NCBI RefSeq assembly: GCF_001194135.2
Contig: NC_068989.1
Span: 58,995,120-59,059,119, forward strand
Direction of reading: 5' to 3'
From: Octopus bimaculoides
Lineage: Eukaryota
Length of the DNA: 64,000 bases
The notes beneath the pieces were generated by a model that saw nothing but the letters and a program-made list of their open reading frames with translations, searched no databases and was not told the DNA's origin. Positions 13,023 through 24,644 of the stretch are shown in pieces (positions within the stretch are counted from its first letter, which is position 1; each line of letters starts with the position of its first letter). The position numbers and the translations under genes are program-made.

Positions 13023-13225
13023 NNNNNNNNNNNNNNNNNNNNNNNNNNNNNNNNNNNNNNNNNNNNNNNNNNNNNNNNNNNNNNCTTTCAATTCCCGTCT
13101 ACCAAATCCACTCACAAGGCTTTGGTTGGCCCGTGGCTATAGTAGAAGACACTTGCCTTAGGTACTACGCAGTAGGACTGAACCCACAACCATGTAGTTG
13201 GGAAGGAAGCTTCTTACCAAACGGA
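12772..13225 (-). mobile_element. SINE family A with internal microsatellite and assembly gap
   Basis: Both conserved halves flank (CA)n(TA)n and the N-gap at 13023-13084. Confidence 0.88.
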
Positions 13226-13232
13226 CACACAC

Positions 13233-13274
<42 letters not shown>

Positions 13275-13584
13275 ATATATATACCTGTCTTCCTCTTTTT
13301 TTTTTGTACATTCTAACTATATATATGTATGTATATATATATATATATGTATACACACACACACACACACACACACACGCAAGCACACACACACGCACAC
13401 ACATATATGCATATATATATATATATATAAAAAGTGTGAATATATATATATATAAATATATATCTACATGTATGTTTATATAAATATATTTGTTATTTGT
13501 TTATATGTACCTATATGTTTATATGTACGAATATGTTCATACATACACATTTACAAATGCATAAGCATATATGCATTTATGTGT

Positions 13585-13954
13585 TTCAATCACTGGACCG
13601 CCGTCATCCTGGGGCAACGCTTTGAGGAATTTAGTCGAACAACTTGATCGTAGAAATGAATTTGCTTCTATTTTTAAAGTCTGGCGGTTATTCTATCGGT
13701 ATTTTGGATTAACCGCTAGTTCAGGAGGCATAAAACAAAACCAGCTTTGACGTACAGGAGAGGACAGTCATAAAAATACACTCGCACACAGACATATAGA
13801 CATACACAAGTATACACACACACGCACGCACACACACACACACGCACGCACTCACACACGCACCCACACACACGCACTCACACACGCGCACACTCATTCA
13901 CACACGTACGCACACATACACACGCACACACACACACGAACATACACACACACC

Positions 13955-14002
<48 letters not shown>

Positions 14003-14150
14003 ACATACTTCTTTCAGTTTCCGTCCACTCAGAAGGGTTTGGTATCCCAGAGTCTATAGTAAAAGGCACTTGTTGAAGGTGCACGCAGTGGGACTGAATC
14101 CGGAGCTATGTAGTTGGGAAGCAAGGTTCTAACCACATGGCCACGCCTGC
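13585..14150 (-). mobile_element. SINE family A with expanded internal (CA)n
   Basis: Degenerate 3' half, about 200 bp of CA-rich repeat, then the head half ending ccacgcctgc. Confidence 0.8.
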
Positions 14151-14159
14151 ATATATATA

Positions 14160-15965
14160 TAAAACTTAAATAAAACTTAGATATGTTACGACCAAAGATT
14201 GGTCCAGGCCATGTCTAACTTAAAAGCACCACCTGATAGGATTATCTAAATCCTTTTTAAGTCAAGTTTTGTTTATGGTCCACTCAAGTAGTAAGTTCTT
14301 GTTGAGTGAGTTGTATCCAGGTATGGGTGCCCTGTCTGGTATACCTTGAAGAAATCTGTCCAGACTCCGTTTAAGGGTTATGGGATCCTTTTCCTCTTTG
14401 ATCAGTTTTGGGACAACGTTAAACAGAGCAGGGCCTGTTGAGGAAAAGAAATTGTGTCGCAGTGTAGCTATATATTGTGATCCAGAATTGGGCAGGGGAC
14501 GTATGGCCCGTGGTCCCAGCCTTGGATGAACCTTGAAACTAATGTTCAGGTCGTTTGGGCGATGCTGGTGGTATATTCTCCACATCGTACAAATGATGTA
14601 CTGCTCGCGGTGGCACTGGAGAGAGGAAAGTTTCAAGGCTTTAAGGCGGTCCCAGTAATCGAGATCAGTCATGCCTTCAATTTGTTTAGTGAGTGCCCTC
14701 TGGAGTGATTCAATTTTAGAGATGTTTTGTTTTGTATGGGGAGACCACAAGGTGCAGCTGTATTCGAGGTGTGATCGTACAAAGGAGGAGAAAAGTGGAA
14801 TGATGACACCTTGTTCTCTGGACCGGAAGGTTCTTAAGATCCAGGAGCTCATCCTACGAGCTATATCGACCTTATTGTTGATGAGAGCACTCCAACTGAG
14901 ATTGTTAGGTATCTGATATTATTAGATGCTGTGAGCTGTTCCCCTGAAGGAAGACAGTATGGCTGTTTTAGTATAGACTTGCTTCCAAAATGCATCAGCT
15001 CAAATTTTCCCTCGTTTAGTTGCATTTTATTTTTGTCTGCCCATTGACTCACAGCATATAGATCAGACTAGAGCTGAGTTCGGCCTTCTTCATTGATGAT
15101 TTGCTGGAGTTTACTGTCATCAGCAAATATGTTTACTTTGGATTGATTTACGACGCTGGAAAGGTCGTTTATGTAGATTATAAAGAGGAGCGGGCCCAAG
15201 ACAGTCCCCTGAGGGACACCACTGGTGACTTTTGCAGGGCTTGAGTGGACTCAATCGACCACAACATGTTGTGTTCTATTCGCCAGGAAATACTTAATAC
15301 AGTGTAGAAGCTTTCCACGGATTCCAACATTTGCCAGTTTTGAGAGTAAGATACTATGGTCAACACTGTCGAACGCTTTACTGAAGTCAAGATATATGAC
15401 ATCAGAGTTCGAACCTGTCCCCAAGACTGTAAGTATATCTTCAATGTGGTGTAAGAGCTGTGTTAGTCCCTGCCACAGCGAAAGCCATGCTAATTTGCAT
15501 TTAGGAGTTTGTGGGTCTTCAGGAACTCAGCTATCCTTGATCTTACTACTCGTTCAAACACGTTAATGATGTGAGAGATGAGTGAGATTGGGCGATAGTT
15601 GACTGCGATAGATCTGTTTCCCTGTTTGAAAACTGGAATGACAGACTGGGATAGGAGCTGTTTCGGTATATAACCTGAGTCGAAAGAATTTCTCCAGACG
15701 TTGGTCAGAGGGACTGCAAATTGGTGTCTACATTCCTTCAGGAGACTAGCGGGGAAACTACCAGGGCCTAAAGCAGAATAGTATTTGACCTCATTTATTG
15801 CTGCTTATAATGTCTGAAGCAGTGAAGGTTATGTCCGAGATTTTATGGAGGGAATCACCTTCGTTCGCTTCTCTTACGTCAATATCAGTGGGATCACTAA
15901 AGACAGAGCAGTATTGTTTCTGCAGTATTTCTGCCATTTCTTTAGCATCAAGACGAAGAAAATAT
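14160..15965 (-). mobile_element. CR1/L2-group LINE, 5'-truncated, frameshifted RT
   Basis: Minus-strand fragments [46 protein letters not shown] and RSHLEYSCTLWSP...ESLQRALTKQIEGM...YWDRLKALKL are typical CR1/L2-group RT and C-terminal motifs. Confidence 0.93.
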
Positions 15966-16149
15966 GCTATTTCTTTAGCACAAGACGAGGAAAATATGAT
16001 CAAAACAAAACAGATATAGATAGAAGACACGTTTCATGAACTGTTGATCTTCAGGTCATCGTAATTTCAGTGGGTCATGCTAATAGCTTGAAAGAAAAAT
16101 AGTATAATCTAGCAGCAGAAACAAAGAGGATAGTTTTGTGTATGATAGC

Positions 16150-16430
16150 AGACAAAAAGCAAAAAATGTGCGAAAAGTTTTTGAGTATTTTGATTATGAG
16201 CCATACTGGACATAAAAGTCAGGCAGTGTTCTGTCTGAGGAAACATTCGTCCGCAGTGGAGCTCTTCAAGGAACTATACTGGGACCACTACTGTTTGAAG
16301 TGGCTCCCAGATATGCCATCAATCGTGCAGTTCAATACTGATAAGTTTCAAGCACTCCGCTATCGGTCCACAAACACACTGCAGTCGGACTACATAGGAC
16401 CAGGGGGCAGTGCAATTTCAGAGTTAGAAT
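16150..16430 (+). mobile_element. Second CR1/L2-type RT fragment, opposite orientation
   Basis: agtggagctcttcaaggaactatactgggaccactactgttt translates as SGALQGTILGPLLF (RT QG motif); followed by QFNTDKFQALRY. Confidence 0.7.
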
Positions 16431-16436
16431 AGGTGC

Positions 16437-17384
16437 GTTATTTGATATTTGTTTGCATCTCTTAAGTTAATATATATCCCCATCTTTTAAAGAATGAAAG
16501 AGTAAAAGAATACAGTGATACGGCTACAAAAAGGATGCGAAAATTTTATAAGTTTTCGACTGGAAAAAATTTACAATAAAGACAGTATAGAATTAAAGTA
16601 TTTCGATTGAAATGACGAAACAAAACGAGGGATGGTCGAGCACAGAATTAAAGTTGGGAGAAAATAAAAAAAAGTCGACAGCTCAAACATTGGTCCTCGT
16701 ATAGAGAGACAATGTGAAGAAAGTGAAAGAGGGAGTGGGAGGGAAAGAGGAGAGAAAGTGAGATGAAGAGAAATGTACATACAATATACATACAGAATAT
16801 ATATATAAAAAATAAAACATAAAAACTCCCACCAGCCCTCTTAATGATTCGTACGTCTGATATAAAGCATAAATTTATTAATACCTCCAAAACAATTAAA
16901 CACATATCTGGCGCAAGCATTATCCTTCTCTTTTCCCTGATGATGGGGGCATTCCTTCGAAGTGAATCGTAAGATTCACATGTACTCTCGGGAAAAAACT
17001 CTTGAAACAATCGTAGGAATATTTCATTTAAGTATGGTACCAAAAACTCTTTTTTAAACATTTATTATTTCCTGCATTCCATAATTTTAAAATTATGCAA
17101 AAACTGTAACAAATGAAATGGTCGTTTAAGAATTTTCTTATAACCTAAGAAAGAACAACCCCAATAAACAAAATATATATTGATGAAGAATAACACGAGT
17201 AAACTATATAGTTGTTGAATTCCATTTAGAGATCTTGAAGAACACTTATGCATGATAAGACTTCAGAATAATTACTTATACTCACTGTAGTAGATCCTAA
17301 AAAAATTGGTGATGTCAAAATATTAGTATTTTGATTGTTATTTGATATTTGTTTGCATCTCTTAAGTTAATATATATCCCCATC
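16437..17384 (+). repeat. Pair of identical 48-bp direct repeats 900 bp apart
   Basis: gttatttgatatttgtttgcatctcttaagttaatatatatccccatc at 16437-16484 and 17337-17384. Confidence 0.95.
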
Positions 17385-17707
17385 CCAGCAAGAAGAAGTA
17401 AACATCGTCTTCATTTCTAATATGTAATAGTTCAAGTGTTTAATGATTAATTAGTAAAGAATGCATGTGATATTTTTAGCATACTGGCTCACCAATCCTC
17501 CAATGAGAAAGTTACTTCTATGAATTTATAGAGGTATTGCCTTTAGCCTAACTTTTAAGTGTAATAACTGTCTTCACAGTGTCATTACAGATATTGTTTA
17601 TCGTACATTTTACACAGTACAGTTCTATATTTAAGAGATGAGGAATTATGTACATTATTTATATTATTTACATTTGATGGACATTTGTCCTCATCTTGTT
17701 TGTTGTT

Positions 17708-17753
17708 AACACAACGTTTCGGCTGATATACCCTCCAGCCTTCATCAGGTGTC
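17708..17753 (-). ncRNA. Minimal type I hammerhead ribozyme, intact core
   Basis: GACAC-CTGATGA-A-GGCTGG agggtata TCAGCC-GAA-ACGT-T-GTGTT: intact CUGAUGA and GAAA, helix II 6 bp, palindromic helix III, GUU site. Confidence 0.85.
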
Positions 17754-17958
17754 TTGGGGAAATTTCGAACCTGGATTCTCATTCCTAAGGTATTTTTCGA
17801 TGTTATTATTATTAGAATCCAGGTCACTGTCTGGAATTGAACTCGGAATCTTGGGGTTAGTAGCCCACGCTCTTAACCTCTACGCCACGGCATATGGCGT
17901 AGAGGTTAAGAGCGCGGGCTACTAACCCCAAGATTCCGAGTTCGATTCCAGGCAGTAA

Positions 17959-18017
<59 letters not shown>

Positions 18018-18100
18018 GTAATAATAATAATAGTAATAATAATAATAATATCATCGAAAAATACCTTAGGAATGAGAATCCAGGTTCGAAATTTCCCCAA

Positions 18101-18145
18101 GGCACCTGATGAAAGCTGGAGGGTATATCAGCCGAAAGGTTGTGC
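18101..18145 (+). ncRNA. Minimal type I hammerhead ribozyme, helix III mutated
   Basis: GGCAC-CTGATGA-AAGCTGGAGGGTATATCAGCC-GAA-AGGT-T-GTGC; mirror copy of 17708-17753. Confidence 0.75.
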
Positions 18146-19822
18146 TAACAACAAACAAGATGAGGACAAATATCCGTCAAATGTAAATAATGTAAATAAT
18201 GTATTTTACACAGTGTAATGACATTCGTGAAAGTCATAACAGATAGAATACATATACCTGGATTCCATCCTGTAGTTGTGCCATCCCCACCCACTGCATT
18301 GTATCAAGACCAAAGTGCATAAAGTCTGCAAGACCAATGCAACATGTAGATGTAGATCAAGATGAGCAAATGTCACGATAATATCTTGAACAGCTAACCA
18401 AGAATCCCAAGCGTCAGCTCCTTTTCAACAGTACTGCACTATATCCTAACCAAAATTACCTGTTTCCTTTTTATATTTGCCTTTGTCTAAATTAACTGTG
18501 ATTGTGGTCATATATAGAAATGACTCAACAGTATTCGGTGGGTTGAAAAGCTCATTGTTGTCAATTACGTCAATACAGTATTACAGACGTACGTTTCAAT
18601 GGTTTGTTATACTGACTTGGACCTGCATATAGTTTTGGGTACCGATATAAAACTAATAATAAGTTCATCTCTTTAAATATTATTTCTACAATTCCAGAGA
18701 TGACTCTAAATCAATACAGTCCCTCTGCTATTGAATAATACAATTAACTCATCTTTAGGAACTTAAATAGGGTACGCAAGCACATATATGTAAGTATATA
18801 TGTATGTTGTTATGTAGGCGTGTTTGTAAGCAACAGTGAAGGATTGCGCTACCAATACATACATGTCCAGAATGATTATACTTTTCGCTCCTCGCAGTTA
18901 ATAATGTAATTGAGAAGATAAGTTTTTTATGATCGTTATAATCGATTAACACTCTGTAAAGCAGTGCGTGCTCCACTTTGATCATTGTCCAGTAGCTGAA
19001 ACTTGTTAAGGAATAAGACAATAGAGTGTGCAGCTGTGACTGCAACGTCCATGAGTTTGTGCGATTGTACATGTTTAAACACAGTTGTATGTGCATGAAC
19101 ATGTGTGCGTATGTTTATACCTTCATGAATATTCACATGTGTGTTTATATTCACACACGTATATGAAATTACATATTGGTAAGCTCAAGTATGGACACAT
19201 AGCTAATTGATGATACACCTGTGCAGTCAGAATATGTACTTATAACCATAATTGTCACTGATACTTTAAGATTAACAATGTTTCTTCTGCATATTGTGTA
19301 CAAAGAACCGATATTTTCCTTTGTAAACGCGCGTACATTTAATGATGTGTGTCGCTATTCAAGTACATGTGCCATGGTTATCTAGCAATGTGCTGTAACA
19401 TTCAGTCGAATTTGTCTGTTTTTCCGCCAATTTTTCTAGCTTCTGACTCCCCGTACCTCCACAGTGTATATAATTCGTCGTAACTTACTCCCTTCCTACA
19501 CAGTCAGCAATTATTTACATCGAACATATCGGGCAGTAATTTCCCTAACAACTTCCCAACAGGTATCAACATGCTTACATCCACAATTCTACCTCAACAA
19601 TGCAAAGTTGGCTCGGATTCAAACTCAGCGAAGAAGAGAAAGAAATAAAAAAGATAAAAAAAAAAGAAGCAGAAACTCCGCAAATAAATTAATAGTTGAT
19701 CCGGAAGCCTTGCTATCTGGTACCTATTTTCCCTGAATTTGAATAATTACAAACATTGCTGTTCTACCTAAGATTTCTAGTTTTAGGACACCACACAGAC
19801 GCAGGCACGCTGGTACGCAGAC

Positions 19823-19823
19823 A

Positions 19824-19919
<96 letters not shown>

Positions 19920-19920
19920 C
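19823..19920. repeat. (GCAC)n microsatellite
   Basis: Read directly; source of the spurious RACV/ARTH ORFs. Confidence 0.95.
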
Positions 19921-20543
19921 ACTCTCACACACACACATGCACACACGCACACTCTCTCACACACACACGCACAGAAATATGTGGTTTCTACTTTAGGCAG
20001 AAGGCCAACAATTTTGAGGAAAAGGTAAAAAGTTGTTCCATCGACCCCACAAATTGACTGGAGGTTTTATCATATCCATCTGTTTACATATATGTATTCA
20101 CACACACACACGCACACACGCACACACACACACACACACACATACTCACACACACGTACACACACATACACATACGTACATGTATGGTGACGTAAAAATC
20201 AAGACCTATATCCGAGTTTTGGTTCAGGTTTCTTAACATTAAGTTTCACAATTTTTTCTGTGATCCCACTCTTGCTCTTTGTAATCCTTCAAACCTCAAA
20301 TTTTTCTTTCACAAGTACCAACTTCCTCAACCCTCAAAATCCTCAAAGTACCAACTTCCGTCATCGGCCTTTATTTTCATCACTGAAATAATACATTAAA
20401 GGCTCAGCAGAAAAAACAAAACAAAAACAGAAAGAATGATACAAATAAATAACCACCTATGTATTCTAAGATCAATAATATTTGTTATAAATAACATTTT
20501 TATTTCTGTATTTGGCTAAAATCGTTGGTTTAATTAAGGTTTG

Positions 20544-20664
20544 ATCCCCACTTAAACGTGGATGTTTTATTAGAAGAAACTTTATTGTGATGGTTGCCAT
20601 GAGAGAAGCTCTCACGTTGGCTTTTTGGTGTATTTTGCATTTTGCATCCACGCTTAAGTGGGAT
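20544..20664. repeat. Small inverted-repeat (MITE-like) element
   Basis: atcccacttaaacgtggatg (20544-20563) vs catccacgcttaagtgggat (20645-20664), 19/20 complementary. Confidence 0.7.
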
Positions 20665-20768
20665 AAATATTAACTCTCAGTATTAATCCTGTCTTTGTCG
20701 CAAATATATATTCTTTAAAATTAGTAATGTGAGGGCCTTATTCTAACCCTACATTTCGTACAATGAAG

Positions 20769-20799
<31 letters not shown>

Positions 20800-20954
20800 C
20801 TATAGTTTCAGCTCAGAGCTACGGCCATGCTGATGCACCGCCGTTAAAAGTCAATGGTGGACTGCCGTGAAAATATCGTAATATACATATAATGTCCGGT
20901 AAAACAATATATAATGTACTGTTTGTGAAATGTGGAGAATATATGTGCATTGGT

Positions 20955-21348
20955 TGATGTGTTGTTGTTGGCACTCCGTCGCTTACGATGTTGAGGGTTC
21001 CAGTTGATCCGATCAACAGAACAGCCTGCTCGTGAAATTAACGTGCAAGTGGCTGAGCACTCCACAGACACGTGTACCGTTAACGTAGTTCTCGGGGATA
21101 TTCAGCGTGACACAGTGTGACAAGGCTGACCCTTTGAATTACAGGCACAACAGAAACAGGAAGTAAGAGTGAGAGAAAGTTGTGGTGAAAGATTACAGCA
21201 GGGTTCACCACCATCCCCTGCCAGGAGCCTCGCGGATCTGTAGGTGTTTTCGCTCAATAAACACTCACAACGCCCGGTCTGGGAATCGAAACCATGATCC
21301 TATGACCGCGAGTCCGCTGCCCTAACCACTGGGCCATTGTGCCTCCAC
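20955..21348 (-). mobile_element. tRNA-derived SINE family C
   Basis: Minus-strand head gtggaggcacaatggcccagtggttagggcagcggactcgcggtc...ggtttcgattcccagacc (A- and B-box) and an (AAC)n-type tail gccaacaacaacacatcaacc. Confidence 0.85.
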
Positions 21349-21760
21349 ATCGGTTGATGTAGTAGTGCAAGAAAAGTAGCATCAAAACATAACATCACAA
21401 TGGTCTAGAGGAAATTCTTTAGTTCCTCAACCTTCTTGACTGGATACAACTGTCGAATTTTGTATGGAAATATATATTTTCCACCTCTGTTCAGTTATGA
21501 TTAATCAAGAAAATATTCTTCATTTCGTTTCTTTGCATTGTAAACATTGAATCAGTACAAAGAGACAAGAATAGAATACAGAGACGGCTAGGGGAGGTAA
21601 ATTTATGTTTATCTACTTCAAACTTGGCAAACTAACACACTTCCATATATATGAATATAAACACGCACGTACATACGCGCGCGCGTATGTATTTATATGT
21701 ACTTACATACATATCCATTATACTAAATGGATGTGTGCATATGTAATATTTATCTATTTA

Positions 21761-21988
21761 TTTATTGCCCACAGGGGGCTAAACATAGAGGGGACAAGCA
21801 AGGACAGACAAAGGGATTAAGTCGATTACATCGACCTCAGTGTGTAACTTGTACTTATTTAATCGACCCTGAAAGGATGAAAGGCAAAGTCGACATCGGC
21901 GGAATTTGAACTCAAAACGTAACGGCAGACGAAATACCGCTAAGCATTTCGCCCGGCGTGCTAACGATTCTGCCAACTCGCCGCCTTA
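21761..21988 (-). mobile_element. SINE family B, tail type 1
   Basis: Complete head and body; tail ttaatccctttgtctgtccttgcttgtcccctctatgtttagccccctgtgggcaataaa. Confidence 0.92.
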
Positions 21989-22951
21989 TGCATATGTAAT
22001 ATTAGATAAGAAATTATTAATGAATTCCACTTTCTATCAAATACCGTTTTAAATGAAACACAGATCTTTATACAATGGTTGAAACAGATCAACGTCTGTT
22101 GGGTGATGAAGTAGTTTGTGTTAATAGTAAATATATTTCCTGTATTTAATGCATCAACTATGGAAAGACAAATGGCGAAATTAAACTTGTTAGGATTTGA
22201 ACTCATTATCTAGAAGACCGAAACTAAATGTTCTATGAAATTTAATCTGGTATTTAATTGTTTCAGCACTTGGATCACCATCCTTAATATTATTTCTACT
22301 CTAAATCATTTAATAACTCTCGAATTAATTATGTGTCATTCTTTTTCGGGTGGGGATGGTTTCAGTGTACCCAGATTAAGGTAAGCTGTTTAATTTTAGT
22401 TTCCTCTCAATCCCAGAATATTTGTAATAAATTTTTATGGCGCTTCATGCTACGACTGTTTTATTCTGAAGTCTTTTGGTATGAGAAATTCCAGCAGAAA
22501 AGTTGAAAAAGAATAATCTAATGTCAATCATTAGGGATGGTTAGAGAGTCAATTGACCGTTGGTTATAATGTTTACCAGATAATATACAGACAAATCATC
22601 ATAAATAAAAACTTCCGGCCGCGTGCGGAAGCCTCACCCTCAATGGAAAACAATCAAAGATTAGGGGAGACACCGATGCATCAACGGAATTAAACGTCTT
22701 CTGAAGCAGTAGAGCGGGTTGTGTGGTTTGTCTATTAGGTTCAAGTCATAGGTGTCTATGGGCACATCAAAACCAATAGGACGCCACTGGGTCTTTGACG
22801 CTTCGTTAAAGATTAAAAACGAAGACGAATTGATGGCCCTTGGGACCCGAACTGATATAATAAAAATGAAAATGTATTTCAACCTTGCAATAAACGCTGT
22901 CTGCCCCCTTTTCACTTATTTACACATATATATACACACATACAAAACTAC

Positions 22952-23070
22952 ACATAAATAAATATACACATAGAAAGATCTATATGGAAATATATAAACC
23001 ACATATACATAAATAAATATACACATAGAAAGATCTATATGGAAATATATAAACCACATATACATAAATA
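22952..23070 (+). repeat. 55-bp tandem duplication
   Basis: acataaataaatatacacatagaaagatctatatggaaatatataaaccacatat occurs twice, plus a partial third copy. Confidence 0.9.
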
Positions 23071-23252
23071 CATACGTAACTGCAGCGATACGATTACACC
23101 GAAACATACATTCACACATATAGACGACCAAGCGTAGACTCGTGTATCAACACACACACGTGCATGCATAGTCTTTCTCTGTCTCTGTCCTCCTCCCCTG
23201 TGTTTCTCAATATATGCGTGTGTGGGTGTATGTTTATACATATACATACATG

Positions 23253-23322
<70 letters not shown>

Positions 23323-24596
23323 TGTTCATACACGCACATATTCACACACACACATTGAGGAACATCAAGATATGTAAGTATTCAATTAGAATTCTATGTA
23401 TATTTTAGGTTGTATACGTGTGTATGTGCATATGTATATATGTGTGTGCGCGCGTTTACAAAGCATTTATATGGAACAAAACGGGTGGGAATATGTGTGA
23501 AGGTATTTAAATAGAAGAAAGGCACTCCTCGTTGTTTTTCTGGTAGATGTTGCTTAAGTATAATCGAAATTAGAATTGTTGAGCATACAATGCAAACAAA
23601 ACGGTGGTCCGGTTTCGAATCTCGGTCACAATGGCTTTAATTATTCATTTACTAAAGCCACATAAATTTCAAGCCTCTGGTATACACACACGCAAACACA
23701 TATATATATAAAGAAATACATACCCGTGCACACACGCTCGCGCGCACACACACGCATGCACACAACATTTTGTTTGCATGAAGCGACTAGTTCAGTTTCG
23801 GTTCAGAATTTGGTTCTTGAATGTGAGTATATGGTAGGATTCATTACTACAAAATTAGCAGGCTTTGTTGTTAACTTGGTGTAGTTGTGCGTTTGAAAGT
23901 ATTTTTCATCTGATGCTAGTAGAAGTATTTTAAATTTAGATGTTCATATACGTTTGGCTACTTATATATCATTTTCTTATTTCGGTTAAAAAAAGTGTGC
24001 GTGTGATGGTTGTATTGTGTCTTGAACCAGTTCGCTTTAAACTTTATACATGTAGATGGCACTTGGTGTCGTGTTCGTGGTTACTATTACGCTATAGACA
24101 ATTTTACTTGAGAGACAGTTTCTTTCAAGAGGACAGGATAAAGGTGTTCTACAATTGCAATTGTTATTATGTGTGTAATTTAAGCTGTTGCTTTTTGAGA
24201 AGTTTTGGTGGTTGGAATTGGCTACAGTTTTTCAAAGTTGTTGGATGTTGAATATAACAAGTTTCTGTTGCATTTGTTTATTAGTTTGAAGTAATTATGG
24301 TCGGGATGGAAGTGTAGTAATTTGAAAAATGATTTAGCTATTGGTGTGGAGGCTAAACCAGATTATTTTACTTTTACTTTTCTATTTTTTTATTTATTCT
24401 GGGAGGTTTGTTGTTTACATATCATGATGTAGATAACTCTTTCAGTCTTCAGGTGACTTTAGGTCTTTCATGTCAGCTAACTTTTTCTCTACAGTTTCAA
24501 TCTTATGCACTCCCATGCTGTTGACTGTTCAGCAATACATAAAGCTCTTCCTGAAAAAAGGAGACATAAAAATCGTCAAATTTAGCCCGAATACAC

Positions 24597-24628
<32 letters not shown>

Positions 24629-24644
24629 GTATATATATATAAAG

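Larger units (their letters stand above)
17619..18202. mobile_element. Head-to-head inverted pair of a tRNA-headed, hammerhead-tailed SINE
   Basis: Arms 17651-17887 (minus) and 17895-18203 (plus), 7-nt spacer. Each has an A-box (TGGCGTAGAGG), a B-box (GAGTTCRATTCC), an (AAT)n tract and an HHR. Flanked by direct repeat ATTTTACACAGT (17607-17618, 18203-18214). Confidence 0.92.

Noticed and set aside
16648-17061. 137-aa minus-strand ORF as a gene
   Set aside because: No recognisable domain, low-complexity second half, and within the size range expected by chance.
17895-17960. tRNA genes at SINE heads (also 21280-21348, 33813-33900, 52030-52091)
   Set aside because: A/B boxes are present but there is no complete cloverleaf, and each continues into a SINE body.
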